From NCBI GenBank assembly GCA_963772455.1, contig CAVYXJ010000011.1:86775-150774 (forward strand): a DNA stretch of 64,000 bases, read 5' to 3'. Below the pieces are notes generated by a model that saw only the letters and a program-made list of their open reading frames with translations, was not told where the DNA came from and searched no databases. Positions within the stretch are counted from its first letter, which is position 1, and every line of letters starts with the position of its first letter. This DNA is from Candidatus Bathyarchaeota archaeon (GTDB lineage: Archaea > Thermoproteota > Bathyarchaeia > Bathyarchaeales > Bathycorpusculaceae). The translations under genes were made by a program, and so were the position numbers. Below are positions 61,869 through 64,000 of the stretch, piece by piece.

Positions 61869-62013
61869 GTGTTCCTTTTGCGGTGTGGCGACAAAACCTA
61901 TTATAATTTAATCGAGTTGAAGCCATCCACTTTTATTTGGCTATTGACTATTTGAGAAGCGAAAATGTTTAAAGGGTTTTTGTCACTAATATTTTTTATC
62001 AGTGGTGAAATAA

Positions 62014-62921
62014 GTGAAAAATATTGAGCTTCAAAAGGCACTTAAAGCAATTGGCTTAACTGAATATGAAGCCAAAGCATATATCAGCCTAATCCAAACA
62101 GGCACATCAAATGCAGGTAACCTCAGTAGACTTACTGAAATACCGCATTCGAAAATATACCGAAGTCCTCATTCGTCTAGAAAAGAAGAAATTAATAGAA
62201 GTTCAAGGGGGACGACCACTCTTCTTCAAAGCAATAAAACCCTCCATTGCCATAGACGGAGTGGAGACAGAACTAAAAGAAACTTTGCAGAACGAACTTT
62301 CTCAAAGAAAAAATGACTTAAGAAAACCGCTATGGGAAAAAAATAGGGCAAATAACCCAAGCGCATAACTTGCTTCGCGAATTGGATAATTTTTATGAGA
62401 AAAATGCCGCCATAGAACCCTCTGAAGAATTCATTTGGACAATTAAAGGAAAGGACAACTTGAATAGCCAAGCCAAAGAAATCATTCAAAGTGCATCGAC
62501 AGAGGCGCGGTTGATGATGCCGCTTGATGATTTCTCTGAATTAATATCAACAATTGAAATGGTGTCTTCAAGAGGCGTTAAGGTTCTTCTTGTGATTCAT
62601 GATCTTACCTATAGTGTGGAGAAGCTCAAAGGCTCAACTGAGATTTTCTACGATAGGTCGCCGTTGCCTACGAATTGCGGAATGATTTTGGCTGATGATA
62701 AGAGAGGTATGTTTATTTCAGAAAACTCTTCTATAGGATTTAGAGCATCTAGTAAGAGTGTCTTGATGGTTCTTGCTCAATTTTATCAGCATGAACTTGA
62801 GGAGTCAGCGAAAATATTCAACTCAGTTTATGATGGTTATCCATGTTTATGGGCGAGGTTTCCATCAGTTATGTGTGTTTTTAGTTCCCTTTTAATACGA
62901 ATTAAGAAAAAATTATCATAA
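62014..62921 (+). CDS. TrmB family transcriptional regulator, frameshifted
   Basis: GLTEYEAKAY..L, IP.SKIY.VL..LE.K.LIE...GRP, IWTIKG motifs; frame breaks near 62160 and 62330-62370. Confidence 0.85.
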
Positions 62922-63400
62922 AGCCGGAATTATACTAACCGATTTCTTTAATTCTACTAGACAAAAGCATTTTATTGGCTAATTGCTTTTTGAAATTGGT
63001 ATTTCTAATCTATCAAAAAAAAACGATTAATAGTTAAGTGTTCATGAAGTCTCCAATCTGGATCGCGTCCAAAGTCCAGTGCCAACAATAAACCATAGTT
63101 GCCTTTATCATAAAGCTTTTAACCGTTCAAATTAAAAGATAGCGGGCGACTCCACCCCTATATCAAAATTAGTTCGGAAATGGCGAAGCTCACATATGTC
63201 CAACAACTTACTCTTAATCGTGAGGGATTAAACTAAATTTCGTAAACCCGTAAGTTTGCAGGGTAAATTAAAATTTAATTCATTCGTAAGAATTGGGTTT
63301 ATTATTTTTTAAGAAACAATATAGGAAAAAAATTAAAAGCAACTTTCTATTATCTTTATTTAAAGGTTAGATTCTTTGGAAAAGATGCAAGCTGTTTACA

Positions 63401-63601
63401 GTGCATGAACTTTTAGTTATGCTTGCAGATACACCAGTTGTAAACTATATCATTATTGAACCTGATCCAAAGATTTCAACTCCTGATGTAAGCCACGTGA
63501 TAAAGATAAAACATAATTTAGATGATAACATGATTAAGAAAATTGAGCCTATTGTTATAAAACGGAATTTGAAGATTCAAAATTGGAAAATGAAGTCTTA
63601 A
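63401..63601 (+). CDS. Small hypothetical protein
   Basis: 66-aa ORF with protein-like composition; ends may be frameshifted. Confidence 0.35.
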   Translation: MHELLVMLADTPVVNYIIIEPDPKISTPDVSHVIKIKHNLDDNMIKKIEPIVIKRNLKIQNWKMKS

Positions 63602-63796
63602 TTCATTAAGTTTTTGATTTTGAGTTTGTTATTCAAATCTGCATAAAGTATTTGTGTGATTTAAACTCAAGATTTTTAACGTCAGATTCAATGTTTTATG
63701 TATTTTAGATTCATAATGGACTAATAATCAAGTGGTTAGTGTGTTGATGGGGCATGGCTTATACAAACCCTCGACCCAGTTGGATTAGTTGTTGAA

Positions 63797-64000
63797 GTGA
63801 ATTCGTTAGTTGGTTTGAATAAAAATAATGTTATTCGAGTTTTACATGTTGATGATGATGCTTCTGTTCGGGAAATTTCCAAGCAAATTCTGATGGATAT
63901 GGGCGATTTCGACATTGACCATGCGTGCTGTGTTGATGAAGCCTTCAAGAAATTATTAGATGGGGAATATGATGTTGTGGTTTCTGATTTTGAAATGCCT
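63797..64000 (+). CDS. Receiver-domain protein (response regulator or hybrid kinase), truncated by the window edge
   Basis: IRVLHVDDD...YDVVVSDFEMP with the phosphoacceptor Asp; start uncertain. Confidence 0.85.
   Translation, partial: MNSLVGLNKNNVIRVLHVDDDASVREISKQILMDMGDFDIDHACCVDEAFKKLLDGEYDVVVSDFEMP

Noticed and set aside
63140-63165. Minus-strand GGGGTGGAGTCGCCC resembles the start of a fluoride riboswitch
   Set aside because: GAUGG core and the downstream pseudoknot/UGA element are missing, and no fluoride-related gene follows

Overview
AT-rich archaeal chromosomal segment, most likely from a Bathyarchaeia/TACK archaeon. This is inferred from an archaeal CCA enzyme, DGGGP synthase, ESCRT-III/CdvB, a two-subunit tRNA-splicing endonuclease with a crenarchaeal-type loop, and NOP2/NIP7. 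Most of the window is housekeeping: tRNA maturation (thpR, cca, both EndA subunits, hisS, glyS), glnA, purA, pyrH, nadA, mtnA, class II HMG-CoA reductase, alpha-glucan phosphorylase, four ABC exporter pairs, a NikR-controlled Ni/Co ECF module and a P-type ATPase. I found no rRNA, tRNA, CRISPR array, transposase or integrase by eye. The most unusual items are: (1) an orphan contractile-injection-system/phage tail sheath gene with no tube, baseplate or other phage gene in the window; (2) an exosortase fused to a Zn-ribbon, an EpsI-like domain and a putative C-terminal winged helix; (3) two head-to-head paralogous ribbon-helix-helix-like microproteins, each with a matching operator-like box and one with an apparent ACG start; (4) many Cys-rich microproteins too short for the ORF track; (5) a LysW-like protein with an altered tail. 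Several genes carry single-base frameshifts, which could be sequencing errors or real decay. All family calls come from motif recognition, not database searches.
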